DNA from: Eledone cirrhosa
Taxonomy: Eukaryota
DNA: 64,000 nucleotides
Direction: 5' to 3'
Assembly: GCA_964016885.1 (NCBI GenBank)
Contig: OZ024744.1
Coordinates: 55,552,001 to 55,616,000, forward strand
The position numbers and the translations under genes are program-made. The notes under the pieces were generated by a model. It worked only from the letters and a program-made list of their open reading frames with translations. It was not told the DNA's origin and made no database searches. Below, one piece after another: positions 14,686 through 29,194 of this stretch; the stretch's first letter is position 1; each line of letters starts with the position of its first letter.

Positions 14686-16469
14686 ATCATCAGCTTAATA
14701 TTGAGAAAGTTAGTCGTATAATTAAATCCTTCCAAATTCTTGATTATTTTTAAAGTGGTTTGAAAATTACAGGCAGTGTCTAATCCATGCAAACTTGGAA
14801 AATGAATGATAAATGATGATGATGATGTCTTTTCATTAAAAATTTGATAATGAAATGGTTAAGTGGTTAGTTTTTATTCTCTAGTTGTATTTTCTCCCCC
14901 AACTCTCTTTTAAAAACTTTAAACATTATTTACTACAACAGCAAGTCTGAATTTGCTCAATCAAGCTCTGTATGGCATCTTAGATGTTATACCTCACATT
15001 CAACACCAGTGATGGAAATAAGAATGGAAGTTACACAATGGAAGTTACAGACAAAACGATGGTGTTCCCCTACTTTTTAGATTCCAGGAGTAGTGGTGGC
15101 TTATAGCATCCACTATGCTCCTTCCCAATCTCAGTCCAAAAATCTATTTTCATCACAGGTCATAGTCTAATTTTTCCACCTCAATTCTACATTCATGTGA
15201 AGGTACACAGCCCCTTTGATTCAAGATTGTAAGGTCATAAATTTGATTCTTTTTGATGTCAATCAGTATTGAGATCAGTATAATCCCCCATCCCCCACTC
15301 CCATCTACACACAACTGTGTGCCTAAATTAGAAACCTTTATTTACTGTATGTTACTACAATATATGAGTTGCTCATCCTAGGTCAATTGAATTTTACTAT
15401 GTACATGAAATTATCAATGTTTTATGACTTTTTTTCAAGCTTGTATGGGTTGGACAGGTCTTTTCTAGTTCAGCTTCCCTCCACTTATGTTCCTTTGCCA
15501 TCTCATCTGTGAGGTTCATTGTGTTGAGATCAACTCTAATTATCACCACCTAGTTTTTTTATTAGCATAAAAGTTAAAACTGATGAAATAATGGTAGTTA
15601 GTGATAATATTTAATGTAGCACCAAAAATATAATTAGAAATGCTATTTATGTGGCAAGGAAAAGACAATATTAGCTCAATGACTAACATTATTTTCAACA
15701 AATATAGGTAGCAATTCTGAATATCTTATTAGACCACCTCAGCAACTTATCAAAGTTATATTAAAATATTTACCATGGAGACTTTTCCTTGCCATATAAG
15801 TATTTGCAATTTATTATTTAATGTTCTACTTTAAAAATGTTAACACTACCTTAACTATTGTTTTTCATGCAGGTAGTATCTTTGAGTAATTAATCTCATT
15901 TACTCTATAAATATGCTAATTTATCACACTGTCATTGAATTAATGTTGCCTTTTAATCTAGATTTTTATGCCCACTACATTAAATGGTATATAGTTTTAT
16001 GTCTGTGTTCCATGTTAGCATGGTTAGACTAAACTGTCTCATCTCAAACTGAGATAACCAAAGAGATTCCATCTTGCTCATATGTTCCAGATTTGCAATG
16101 GTTTCTATGGTTGAATGTGCTTCTTAACAGCAACCACCTTACTGAGTGCATTTTGTCATGGCACCGGCACTAACACTTTACATTGTACTGGGTGTTATTG
16201 TGTCACTACCCCTAGAAAGTTGTCATATGCTCAGTCAAATTAGAGTCCTCTCTACTCTATATTGTCTCCATTCGATTACTGACCACTTAACAGTGTACTG
16301 GGTGCATTTTATGTCATCAACACTAGAGAATTTGTCAAGTATTCAATAGTCTCATTTGTAAAACATTGTTTTTGTGTTTATGTATACAAAAAGAAAGAAG
16401 CAAACAAAAAACGTGGTTCTGGTGTTGACACAATAGAGCAACTGAGCTACTACTTGGCCTTCACTATAT

Positions 16470-16640
16470 ATCTATATATATAAAGTTGTAGTTCCTGTTT
16501 GTTTGTTTGTTTGTTCACAAACTCCTCCTATGGGTTTGGAGATAGACCCCCATAACTGTAAATATTCTGAAACTACAGGGTACTTTGATAAGTATATTTC
16601 ATTTTTCAAAGGGTTACCCGGGAGCACAAACTCCCACTGA
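16470..16640 (+). mobile_element. Possible non-autonomous Helitron 5' end
   Basis: 'A|TCTATATATATAAAG' start followed by (GTTT)n, a common Helitron 5' pattern; no 3' CTRR hairpin identified. Confidence 0.35.
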
Positions 16641-17939
16641 AAATTAACAAGAAAATTATTTACAAGAAACAAAATAGGAAAAAGTTCTAAGGAAAGCAAC
16701 AGAGAGATATCAAGTCATCATACAGAGAGAAATACTATAGAGGGGGGGGGGGCAATGAAAATTTTACGTCATGTCATATTAAGTTGAGTTAACAATTTAT
16801 ATGAAATGAATAATAAAAATATAAGTATCAATATTCATGAATGGGACATAGATATATAATATGAGAAATTAAACATTGATCAATAATGACTATATGTTTA
16901 GTTTAGAAACTTGAGATCAATATATCAAAATCTGAGTTCAAAATGTACCCTTGCTATAGAGATCAGTATTTTATGCAAAGACATACAAATATATATGTAC
17001 ATATAGATACGCACGTCCTGAAAATAGAAATTGTTTACTCAAGCCAACAATATAGCCATACAAAACGTAAATGATTTCTCTTAATCACTGCTATACATTC
17101 TCTGTGTTATAAAAATTTCACAGTATATATATATACAAATATATACGATTAACATTCATGTCCCCATATATACGATTACCATTCATGTGTTTAATATTAT
17201 GCATATCTGCAACATACCTCCCAACCACATAGATATATACACATACATATATACACATACATATGTATAAATAAATATTTGCGTACGTCGTCACGCATCA
17301 CTCATGTATATATATAGACATATATAGACACACAAAAACCTATAATACTTTTTATGCATGTTAATATACACATATGCATTTGCATAGAGATAATCAAATA
17401 TCAATATTTCACTAAAGGATTATAAACATAACCATAACAAAATAAATTTAAAATACCAAAGGAGTATATTCTGGAAATGCAGCTATATCAGTATAGACAA
17501 AGGAAATCTAGAAATATCAAAGCATTAAATATCTTTAAAACACTATAGAGTATCTAAAGTTAAAATATGTTTTATATATTTAGTATAGAAATTTATCCTA
17601 CGTATATCTCAATCAAGATATTGAAAGGGTAGACATATGAAAGTTATGAGAAGCTATCATAATCAAAACAAATAAATTAAAATAATTTAAAAGATTTTAA
17701 AAAAAAACAAAAAACCTAATGATTCTACAGATAACCTTATATTTAGTATAGAAATTTACCTTACGTATATTTTATTTAATACATTGGAAGTATAGACATT
17801 TTAGAGTAGTTTATTATATCCTTGTTTATATTTAGGAAGAAAGTTTAAAAAGAAAAAGGTGAAGGAAGCTAATGATTTATTGACAGGTTCCATATATTAA
17901 CTAAAATTACTTAATTATTTATATTACATTTTAAATTTA

Positions 17940-19352
17940 TATTTATATTTAAACGTTGAGTTCAATCTATGTCTGCAGCAGCTGAATAAATTGTTCCTTA
18001 AATTAAGGGAATTTTTGGACTTTAATATAAAGAATATTTCTTCAATACAAAGATCACAATTCTCTGAAGAGGAATTAAAAGGAGTAGCTTATGAAATAAT
18101 ATTCCAATTCATCGAATATTTAATATTATCTCGTTTTAGGTCCCATAGTAGGCTAGATAGCGAAGTTGAAGATTTTTTTTTGGGGTTTGGATCTGTGAAA
18201 GAATTCTTATGATTATTGAAGCGAAATTTAAATTCTGTAGAGGTGGAACCAACATAATTTAAATTAGTGAATTTAAATTAGTTTTAACATTACAATTATA
18301 CACTACATTTTTAGCTAAGCAATTGTTATTTAACGGACAGTTAGATTTATTTCTACAGTTACAGTTATTTAAGTGAATATTATTATTATTGGTATTTTGG
18401 TTAGGTTTTAAATTCCTATTATTAATTCTATTAATATTTTGTGCTAAATTTTTGGTGAACGAGTAAGTTAATTTTATAGTGTGTCTATTAAAAATTGAGT
18501 AATATTTATGTGTTCTAGGGAAGCGTGTGTCAAGAGCTTTAAAGAATAGTTTAGCAATAGGGGTTTTAATATTTAGTGAGAAAGGGGGAGCAAACCATAA
18601 TATATTTCTAGTTCTATTTCTTTTTCGGCTTTTGGAATTATTGTAATGTTTTCTATTATAGTTGTTAAAGTTGTTACTGTAATTGAAATTGTTATTATTT
18701 TGGTTAGTTTGCTTATTATTATTATTATCGATGTATTTAATTTTATTTCTATATCCAGCTCTACCTAACGCATCGTTGTAATACTGTGCTTTTTCATCAA
18801 ATATATTTTTATTAGATGAAATTCTTGAAATTCGTTCTTGAACAGAGTTCACTATAGTATTTTTAACAGATCTGGGGTGATTAGAGTTAAAGTTGACATA
18901 ATTCAAGTTCTCATTTAGTTTGTGAAATGGATAGTGAAGACATGTGTTGAGATTTAGTGTTACATCAAGAAAATTGACTATTCTATGGTTATTCTCTATT
19001 TCTATTTTTAGATTAAGGTAATTAAAAAATTGTATAATTTGTTTTCTTTTTCTATTTAGTTCACAGCTATTATTTTCTATAAGTAAAAGCATGTCATCAT
19101 GATATAATCCTCCGGTTACATCTGGTATTTTTCTATGTAGCGAATTAATTATGAATAGGCCCACAAGGTCCGTTACCTGAGCTGAGTCTGATGATCCCAT
19201 AGTTATGTCGAAATTATTATTTCTATCTGCACTAGTCCAGAGTTGGTTATTAAATTCTATCAATGTTTTCCTTGCCGATAATATAATGTGCATTTCATTG
19301 CTAGTTAGGTCAGTATGTTTAAATGCGTAATTTAGTGCCTTATTCAGTAGAT
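17940..19352 (-). mobile_element. 5'-truncated Penelope-like element (RT C-terminal part + GIY-YIG endonuclease), probably Naiad-type
   Basis: ITMGS, GLYHDD, VNFLDVTL, SNHP, WFAPPFS, CNCRNKSNCPLNNNC, NVVY; after a frameshift near 18259, VGSTSTEFKFRFNNHKNSF...CDLCIEE...CRH. Confidence 0.88.
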
Positions 19353-19444
19353 TATATATATATATATGTATAATATATATATATATATATATGTATAATA
19401 TATATATATATATATATGTATAATATATATATATATATGTATAA

Positions 19445-22400
19445 TCATCATCATCATCATTTTACGTCCGCTTTTCCCTGCTTGCAAGGGTGGGACGGGT
19501 CTTATTCAGCACAACATCTCTCCACTCGTCACGGTCCCTCGTCATCTCCACCGTGAGCTTCAATGATCTGAGGTCTGTTCTCACCACCTCCGCCCATGTT
19601 TTTCGTGGTCTACCTCTACCACGTCTTCCTTCAACTGGCATTTCCTGGCACTTCTTCACCCATCGGTCATCCTCCATGCGCATCACATGTCCATACCACC
19701 TCAGTCTCCTCTCCCGTACACTACATTCTATCCCTCTCAGACACAGTTTCTCTCTCAACACATTTATGCTGGGTCGTTCACGCACATTTACACTGCACAT
19801 CCAACGGAGCATGCTTGCCTCATTTCTCTCCAGCCGTCGCATATCCTCTGCGGTTGCTGCCCATGTCTCACTACCATGCAGCATCGCGCTCCTCACACAG
19901 GCATCATACAACCGGCCTTTCATACGCAGGGAGAAACCCTTCTTCGTCAACAGAGGAAGCAGCTCCCTAAACTTCTTCCAACCCGTCCTTATTCTCGATA
20001 CTATGGCCTCGGAACACCCTCCTCCTATGCTAATCTGATCTCCTAGGTACCGGAAGCTATCCACCACTTCTATAGCGCCCTCTCGCATTTGAAAAATGTG
20101 TCTATCAGTGCGACTTCTACTGTCTAATTTCCCTGTACATCTACTGCATACATATTTCTCCCTACCTGTTAGTTTGCCTGCTATCCCGCTACATCTCTTG
20201 TGTACCCAGGACCTGCATTGTGTGCATTTTATAGAATTTATGCCAGTTCCTTTTCTGCATATCGAACATGGCCATTTCCCTGACGGAATCAGGGTTTTGT
20301 CCTCTTTTCTACTCATCAACACTTTTGTCTTAGCTAGATTTACTCTGTCCTCTTGCTTCCAACTGCTGTTTCCATAGCTGGAATTTATTCTCTAGCTCCT
20401 CTACTGATTCTGCTATAAGAGCCAGATCGTCAGCATAGAGAAGTTCCCATGGACAGCCAGTCTTAAACTCCTCTGTTATGGCTTGGAGGACTATAATGAA
20501 CAAGAGCGGGCTGAGGACCGAACCCTGATGTACTCCTACTTGTATCTGGAATTCCTCACTAAACTCCATTCCTACCCTGACTTTACTGAGAGTACCTCTG
20601 TACAAAGTTTGCACTGTCCTCACAAGCCATTCCTCAACACCTAGCTTCCTTAGGGACCACCAGATGACAGATCGGGGTACCCTATCAAAGGCCTTCTCTA
20701 GGTCAACAAAGGCTAAGTATAGTGGCTTATTCTTCTCTAAGAACCTCTCTTGCATTTGTCTCACCAAGAAGAAGGCATCTGTTGTACTCTTCCCAGGCAC
20801 AAAACCAAACTGCATCTCATCTAGTTTGACCCTTTCTCTAATTAGTTGTGCTAAAATCCTTTCTGCCACTTTCATAACCTGATCTATCAGTTTTATACCC
20901 CTATAATTGCTCCTCTCCAAAGCATCCCCTTTACCTTTGTAGCAATTTATGAGAATACTGCTGCACCAGTCTTTGAGTATGACACCACCATATATAGCCT
21001 GATTGATGATGCGTGCAACCAGTTTAGTGCCTACGTCCCCTGATGCCTTCAGCATCTCAGCAACTATTCCCGATGGTCCGGCCGCCTTACCATTTTTCAT
21101 TTCCCTAATCGCCTCTTGGACCCTATATTCGTCAATCTCAATAGCTGGTCCCTCTGTCGGATCTACCAAGGGTAATTTCTCTCTCTCCCATTCGTTCTCC
21201 ACATTCATCAGTCTCTCATAATGACATTTCCAGGCCTCCTTTTTCTGGTCATTCGTGACACTAAGTACACCGGCATCATCCCAGACACATTTATCTCCAA
21301 CAACATCCTGATTTGCATTGACACACTGCCTTGCAATGTGGAACACCGCACGCCTCTGATCTTCCCTTCGCAGAACATTGGCAAACCTCCTACTCTCTGC
21401 CTCCCTGCGTGCTAAGTACACCTGACGTCTAGCTTCTCTCTTAGTGGCTGTATATTCTTCCCTACTCCCACCCTTTTTTCAAGCCTTCCATGCTAGTCTT
21501 TTGTCTCTAATAGCCTTATCTACTGTGCTGTTCCACCACCAGGTCACTCTCTGTCTGGTTGGAGCTCTGCTCCAGCCACAGGTTTCATCAGTAGCCTGCA
21601 GCAAGTTGTCACGTAAGAACTTCCAGTTATTATCTATGTCATACGTCTCTAAATCGTCTTCTTTTTCGTCATATACATCTTGAAGGGCTTTCCTAAATTT
21701 GTATTTTAGTGAAAGGTCTTTTAGCTTCCAGACCTTTCTTCTCCACACCGTCCTATATGTCTCATTCCATCTCTTGCTTACTGAGATATCACTAACAACT
21801 AACCTATGCTGTGGGGTACATTCTTCCCCAGGGTATGCCTTGGTATTAGACACTATCTGCCTGTCCCGCTGCCTAACTAGCAGGAAGTCAATCTGGCTTA
21901 TGTGCTCACCAGATTTGTAGGTTATTAGGTGATTGGCAGGTTTCTGGAAGTTTGTTTTGCAAATAGTCAATGTACCTGCATCACAAAATTCAAGAAGTCT
22001 CACTCCGTCATTTCTTGAGCCGTAACCGTTTACCCCAGTGTAACCATCCTGGAGCTGTCCAACATGACCATTGAAGTCTCCTGCTAGCATAACGATGTCT
22101 CCGTCCTCTGTCATTGTGGTTGTTTGCAAAAGTTGCTCATAAAAGCAGTCTTTCTCATCTTTGCCTAGGCCTGCTTGGGGAGCATAGACCGAGATGATTG
22201 TCAGTAGTCTCCTACCTACAACTAATCTAAGCTTAATTATTCGATTACTAACTCGAACTACCTCTATTGTCTTATTGATCCATTTCTCAGCCAGGAAAAT
22301 GCTTACTCCCCCTAACCCATCATCCTTACCTACCCAGAATAGCTTATAGCTAAGACGCTTGCCTACGACTAGTCTCGCAGAGGCACCTCTCCATCTCACT

Positions 22401-22447
22401 TCTTGCACGCAGCACACATCCACCTGCCTTCTCTCCAGCATCTCCGC
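19445..22447 (-). mobile_element. RTE-clade LINE family A, near full length, disrupted into three ORFs (APE 21479-22441, RT 20330-21421, C-terminus 19462-20322)
   Basis: VQEVRW, SVYAPQ, GDFNGHVG, SQIDF; NYRGIKL, QFGF, FVDLEKAFD, GVHQGSVLSP, YADD; GRPRKTW; (ATG)n tail. Confidence 0.95.
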
Positions 22448-22659
22448 TATTTCAGCAGATAATATATATATATATATATGTATAATGTATATATATATAT
22501 ATGTGTATAATGTATATATATATATATGTGTATAATATATATATATATATGTATAATATATATATATATGTGTATAATATATATATATATGTGTATAATA
22601 TATATATATATATATATGTATAATATATATATATATATATATCTGGAGGATATATTAAT

Positions 22660-22970
22660 GGAGGCACATGGCTTAGTGGTTAGAGCATTGGCCTTGCAAT
22701 CGAAAGGTTGTGAGTTCAATTCTTAGACCGGGTGATGTGTTGTTTCCTTGAGCAAGACACTTTATTTCACATTGCTCCAGTTTACTCAGCTGGGGTCCCT
22801 ATCATTCCACTGTAAAGTGGTCGTGGAGGTGCCACGGCAAAAAAGCACCCAGCACTCACTGTAAATGAGGTTGGTGTTAGGAAGGGCATCCAGCTGTAGA
22901 AATCAAGCCAAAATCAGTTCCCGTCCCACTCTTGCAAGCAGGGAAAAAGCGGACGCGTGATGATGATGAT
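22660..22970 (+). mobile_element. Young tRNA-head SINE with RTE-A-derived 3' tail (copy 1, small internal deletion)
   Basis: A box tggcttagtgg, B box gagttcaattc; ends 'ccgtcccactcttgcaagcagggaaaaagcggacg' + (TGA)n. Confidence 0.9.
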
Positions 22971-23089
22971 TGTAGATGTCACTAGCTGATATCACATATA
23001 TAATGTTAGGTACATTTTTAGTTTACAGCTTAAAAGTAGAATATCACACTACTAACTAGAACCTCAATGTTACAATGCATACTTTTTTT

Positions 23090-24374
23090 TACATGTGTAT
23101 GTATATATGTATTATATATATGTATAATATATATATATGTATAATATATATATGTATAATATATATATGTATAATATATATATGTATAATATATATATGT
23201 ATAATATATATATGTATAATATATATATGTATAATATATATATGTATAATATATATATGTATAATATATATATGTATAATATATATATGTATAATATATA
23301 TATGTATAATATATATATGTATAATATATATATGTATAATATATATATGTATATGTATAATATGTATATGTATAATATGTATATGTATAATATGTATATG
23401 TATAATATGTATATGTATAATATGTATATGTATAATATGTATATGTATAATATGTATATGTATAATATATATATGTATAATATATATATGTATGATATAT
23501 ATATGTATGATATATATATGTATGATATATATGTATGATATATATATATGTATGATATATATATATGTATGATATATATATATGTATGATATATATATAT
23601 GTATGATATATATATATGTATGATATATATATATGTATGATATATATATATGTATGATATATATATATGTATGATATATATATATGTATGATATATATAT
23701 ATGTATGATATATATATATGTATGATATATATATATGTATGATATATATATATGTATGATATATATATATGTATGATATATATATATGTATGATATATAT
23801 ATATGTATGATATATATATATGTATGATATATATATATGTATGATATATATATATGTATGATATATATATATGTATGATATATATATATGTATGATATAT
23901 ATATGTATGATATATATATATGTATGATATATATATGTATGATATATATATGTATGATATATATATGTATGATATATATATGTATGATATATATATGTAT
24001 GATATATATATATGTATGATATATATATATGTATGATATATATATATGTATGATATATATATATGTATGATATATATATATGTATGATATATATATATGT
24101 ATGATATATATATATGTATGATATATATATATGTATAATATATATATATATGTATAATATATATATATATGTATAATATATATATATATGTATAATATAT
24201 ATATATATATGTATAATATATATATATATGTATAATATATATATATATATGTATAATATATATATATATATGTATAATATATATATATATATGTATAATA
24301 TATATATATATATGTATAATATATATATATATATATGTATAATATATATATATATATATGTATAATATATATAT

Positions 24375-24406
<32 letters not shown>

Positions 24407-24843
24407 ATATATATATATATATATGTATAATATATATATATATATATGTATAATATATATATATATGTGTATAATATATATATATATATGTGTATAATAT
24501 ATATATATATGTGTATAATATATATATATATATGTGTATAATATATATATATATATGTGTATAATATATATATATATGTGTATAATATATATATATATAT
24601 ATGTGTATAATATATATATATATATGTGTATAATATATATATATATATGTGTATAATATATATATATATATGTGTATAATATATATATATATATGTGTAT
24701 AATATATATATATATATGTGTATAATATATATATATATATGTGTATAATATATATATATATATGTGTATAATATATATATATATATGTGTATAATATATA
24801 TATATATATATATATGTATAATATATATATATATATATATATG

Positions 24844-24875
<32 letters not shown>

Positions 24876-24990
24876 AATATATATATATATATATATGTAT
24901 AATATATATATATATATATATATATATGTATAATATATATATATATATATATATATATGTATAATATATATATATATATATATATATATG

Positions 24991-25059
<69 letters not shown>

Positions 25060-25110
25060 AATATATATATATATATATATATATATGTATAATATATATA
25101 TATATATATA
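23090..25110. repeat. 2-kb compound array of TGTATAA(TA)n / TGTATGA(TA)n units
   Basis: Directly visible; variant units occur in homogeneous blocks. Confidence 0.98.
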
Positions 25111-25128
25111 TCTGGAGGATATATTAAT

Positions 25129-25414
25129 GGAGGCACATGGCTTAGTGGTTAGAGCATTGGCCTTGCAATCGAAAGGTTGTGAGTTCAATTCTTAGACCGG
25201 GTGATGTGTTGTTTCCTTGAGCAAGACACTTTATTTCACATTGCTCCAGTTTACTCAGCTGTAGAAATGAGATGATAGGGACTGGGGTCCCTATCATTCC
25301 ACTGTAAAGTGGTCGTGGAGGTGCCACGGCAAAAAAGCACCCAGCACTCACTGTAAATGAGGTTGGTGTTAGGAAGGGCATCCAGCTGTAGAAATCAAGC
25401 CAAAATCAGTTCCC
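25129..25414 (+). mobile_element. Young SINE copy 2, 3'-truncated
   Basis: Same sequence and same 5' flank as the copy at 22660. Confidence 0.9.
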
Positions 25415-25639
25415 TGATATATATGTATAAAAATCAGTTCCCCATATATATGTATAATATATATATATATATGTGTATAATATATATATATATATGTGTA
25501 TAATATATATATATATATGTGTATAATATATATATATATATGTGTATAATATATATATATATATGTGTATAATATATATATATATATATATGTGTATAAT
25601 ATATATATATATATATGTATAATCTATCTATATATGTAT

Positions 25640-28600
25640 TATATATCTATCTATCTATCTAAGGCGGGTAAAATTCCCGAGATCCATGGACGAGTTCTCT
25701 CCAGCGGTCTCTGTCCCTCATTATCGCTGCCATATCCTGCATCACCAACAGACCAGTGTCTGTCCTTAGGGCATCAACATATGTTAACCTTGGTCTTCCT
25801 CTTCTAGTGTGTCCATGTAGGGGCTCCCAAAGGAGCACTGAGTGCAATGTAAACTCTGGATGTCGGTGAGCATGTCCAGCCAACCTCAGTCTCCTCTGTG
25901 TCACTTTTGAGGTGACTTTTGGGATGCTCCCATAGAGCTCTGAGTTTTTCATCCTCAGTGTATACTGATTAATGTTCAGAGCCATCCTCAGTATTCTCGT
26001 GTAGCACCCATCCACCATCTGAGTGAGTCTCTTGGTCAGTGTCCAAGTCTCAGACCCATACAGCAGCACATACTCCACTACAGCAATGAAGAGGCGGATT
26101 TTCAGGTCTCTACAAAGGTCCGACTTCCACACCGATCTCAAGCTGTGACACGCCGCCCAGGCCTTGCTCTTCCTCCCAACCACATCATCTTCCGTATTCC
26201 CAATCTTTGCTCCCAAATACAGGAAGTCCTCAACCAATTCCAGCGGCTTCCCGCCTACATTAGTGATCCCCTCTGGCTTCTCAACATTCTCCACCAGATA
26301 TTTTGTTTTAGTCCCATTCATTCTCAGCCCCACACTCATCGACACAGTCTCAACCTCCCGCATCAAATCCTCTGCCTCCTTCACTGTATTTGTCACCAAA
26401 ACTATGTCGTCGGCAAATTCAGCATCCGATACCTTTTTCGCCCCAACTCTCCTGCTCTGAGCCGGTGCTACAGTAAAGCCAGTGTATCTCCTGGAGCACT
26501 CCAGCCAGTATCTCAAAGAACTCTGTCATCCCATCAGGTGTAATGACTTGGGTGTTGGTGTAGAGCAGTGATATCAGGTCCACTATCCTCTTGGGGATTC
26601 CATAAGCCTGTAAGATCTTCATCAGGCAGTAACGGTCCACAGAATCAAAGGCCTTCCTAAAGTCAATGAAAACCATGACCGCAGGAAGGCACTTTGCTCT
26701 AGCTCCCTCTAATATCCTCCTCAGCATCAGGATGTGACTGGTGGTTGATCTACCCTCTCTGAAGCCGTTCTGGTTGTCCCTGAGCTTCTTCTCCATCTCA
26801 GGCTGGATCCTGTTAAGAATCATCCTGTTGAGGGTCTTTGCCACAAGTGACGTCAGTGAGATCCCCCGGTAGTTGTTGGTGTTAGAGAGATCTCCCTTCT
26901 TTGGCACTGGGATGATGTTACTGATCCTCCACTGATTCGGGGCAACTCCTTTCTCCAGTGCTCCGTTACAGAACCCCAGGATGATGTCATCAAAATCACA
27001 CCTCTTCATCACCTCTGATGCCACTCCATCCTCTCCATGAGCCTTGCCCTCCTTGATCTTCTTCTTGGCTCTCTGAAGCTCCTCTCTGGTGAAGGGCTCT
27101 GTCTCAACATCCAGTTCCTCAAACAGCCGCCTGATCTCCCCACTGCTCTGGGCTGTGGAGGGTGGCTCTCCTAGTAGGGTCCTAAAATGGTCTAGCCATT
27201 TCCTCTTCCTATCCTCGGGCCCCGTTCCCTGGATCTGACTCGAACACCTTTTCTTCCTCCCTGTGATCTCGTTGATGATCATCCAGCTCTCCTTACATCC
27301 AGATCTGTCAACCGCTCTCTCCACACTTCTGATCTTCTCTATCAGTGCCTCCTCTCTGACCTCAGTGTAAGCGGTACAGAGCTCTTCCCTCATCACCTCC
27401 ACAGTCTCCATCCTCTCCTCCGTAGGATCAGCATAGAATTGGTCCCTGGCAGCTTTCAGGTGTTCTCTGGCTGCACACACTTTTGGGTTTGCAGAGCTGA
27501 CGTGCTTCCCTTTGTTCTTTTTCCTCGGCACCAGGGTTTCACTTGCTTTCGCCACTGCATTGGTGAAGTGCCCGTACCTCCTCGTCACACTCTCCTCAGT
27601 CCATCCAATCTCTCTCTCCTCTGACTCTCCACACAGAGCACTAAACCTGTTTCTCACTTCCACTGTGAACCTCTCCTGTAGCTTATCATCTTCCTTGAAA
27701 GCTCCCCAGTCATAGATTGTTCTCCGGGGCTGAGCCTTGCTCTTTCTTAAGCTCACGCGGACCTCACTCATAACAAGCCGGTGGTCACTACCCAGTGTAC
27801 TGAAATAGCTGTATGGTTCCGTGTTCAGAACACTATTCCGCCACTTTTTCCTCACCAGAATGAAATCAATCTGGGACTTGGACAGGTGCATATCTGAGAT
27901 GTAGGTCCACATCTTCCCCAGATTCTTCCTAAACCTTAGGTTGGTTGCCATCAAGTTCGCCTCCAGCAGGGTGTCTCTCAGTAGTCTTCCATTTCGGTTG
28001 GTGTTGTTATGGAAGTACCAGCAAGGATCTTCACTGCCCTCCTTACTCAGATGTGCATTGAAGTCCCCCAAAACAAGCAGGATATTGTGTGCCTGAGTGG
28101 TGTTGACAGCCCCACACACCTCCTCATGGAACTCCTCGGCATTCACATCACTGTCCCCCTCGGTTGGACTATAGGCTGAGATGACTGTCAGTCTTGGGTT
28201 TCCATTGAAGGTCACCATCAACACTCGCGGGGAGATAGGCATTATTTCCCTCACCAACAGATTGGTTTTTGCACTGAACACAAAACCCACTCCTCCTACT
28301 GCAGCATTTGTTGTGTTCTTCACTGCCGATGTAGTGATGAGCTGGCTCTTCCTCCCGATCATCACACTCCTCACGGGCTCATCGTGTAGAATCCTGTGTT
28401 CTTGGATCGCAAGTATCTGTATACCACTCTCCTCGAACAGATGTCCCAACTCCTCTCTCTTCTCCAGCGTTCGAATAGTCCTCACATTCAAAGTGCCCAT
28501 TTTGATGGCTCTTCTGCAGGACAAAACTGCATTCTTTATATTTGTCTCAGAGACAGCTGATCCATCATCCACTGGCCCTCTCTGTGGCTCTAAGCCAGCA

Positions 28601-28892
28601 GAGTCATAACGACCAGGCTGCTCCTTGACAGTGTAATTAGGGGCTCTAACCCTAGTGCTGTTAGATCGACTCTCCATATTTCTTTTCAATGGCTGACAAT
28701 ACCTTACCGGCGCCACTCGAATAAGGTAGTTATTTAACCCATAAATGGAGCCCTAACAGGTACTACCACCCCGGGCCAGGGCAGACCTGGGAGTCATGAC
28801 AACTAAGGGGTAACTCCACATTCCCCACATCTCCTGAACTCCCGAACTGGAGCCTTGCCACTGGATGTAGTTTAATGTCATACCCAGGACAG
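25640..28892 (-). mobile_element. RTE-clade LINE family C, near full length (APE + RT), with an internal deletion/frameshift near 26480
   Basis: GTLNVRT, AIQEHR, SAYSPT, GDFNA, SDHR; NYRGISL, QNGFR, FIDFRKAFD, FADD, FLYLG; (TAGA)n tail; ~170-bp 5' UTR. Confidence 0.93.
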
Positions 28893-29194
28893 TATTATAT
28901 ATATATATGTATAATATATATATGTATTATATATATATATGTATTATATATATATATGTATTATATATATGTATTATATATATATATGTATTATATATAT
29001 ATATGTATTATATATATATATGTATTATATATATATGTATTATATATATATATATATATATATGCAAAAGTTTTATTTAAAATTGTTGGGTTACAACAAG
29101 TAAATATTTTATAACTGATATAAAGCACTCAACAAGTTTTTGGAGTAGATATACGATATTAAACAAATGGAAACTATATTTATAAAACCATATT

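Noticed and set aside
16640-17940. Expected hammerhead downstream of the PLE at 17940-19352
   Set aside because: No CTGANGA...GAAA motif found by eye on the minus strand
19490-20038. Antisense ORFs overlapping LINE reading frames
   Set aside because: Shadow frames of the retrotransposon ORFs
22660-22735. tRNA gene-like sequence (also 25129, 49718, 58057)
   Set aside because: Anticodon and acceptor stems do not pair properly and it continues into a SINE body; SINE head, not a tRNA
23089-25188. Long Y/I/H/C/M-rich ORFs (also 8439-9175, 29578-30966, 34172-36241 and 52-59 kb)
   Set aside because: Translations of TA-based microsatellites that lack stop codons; not genes
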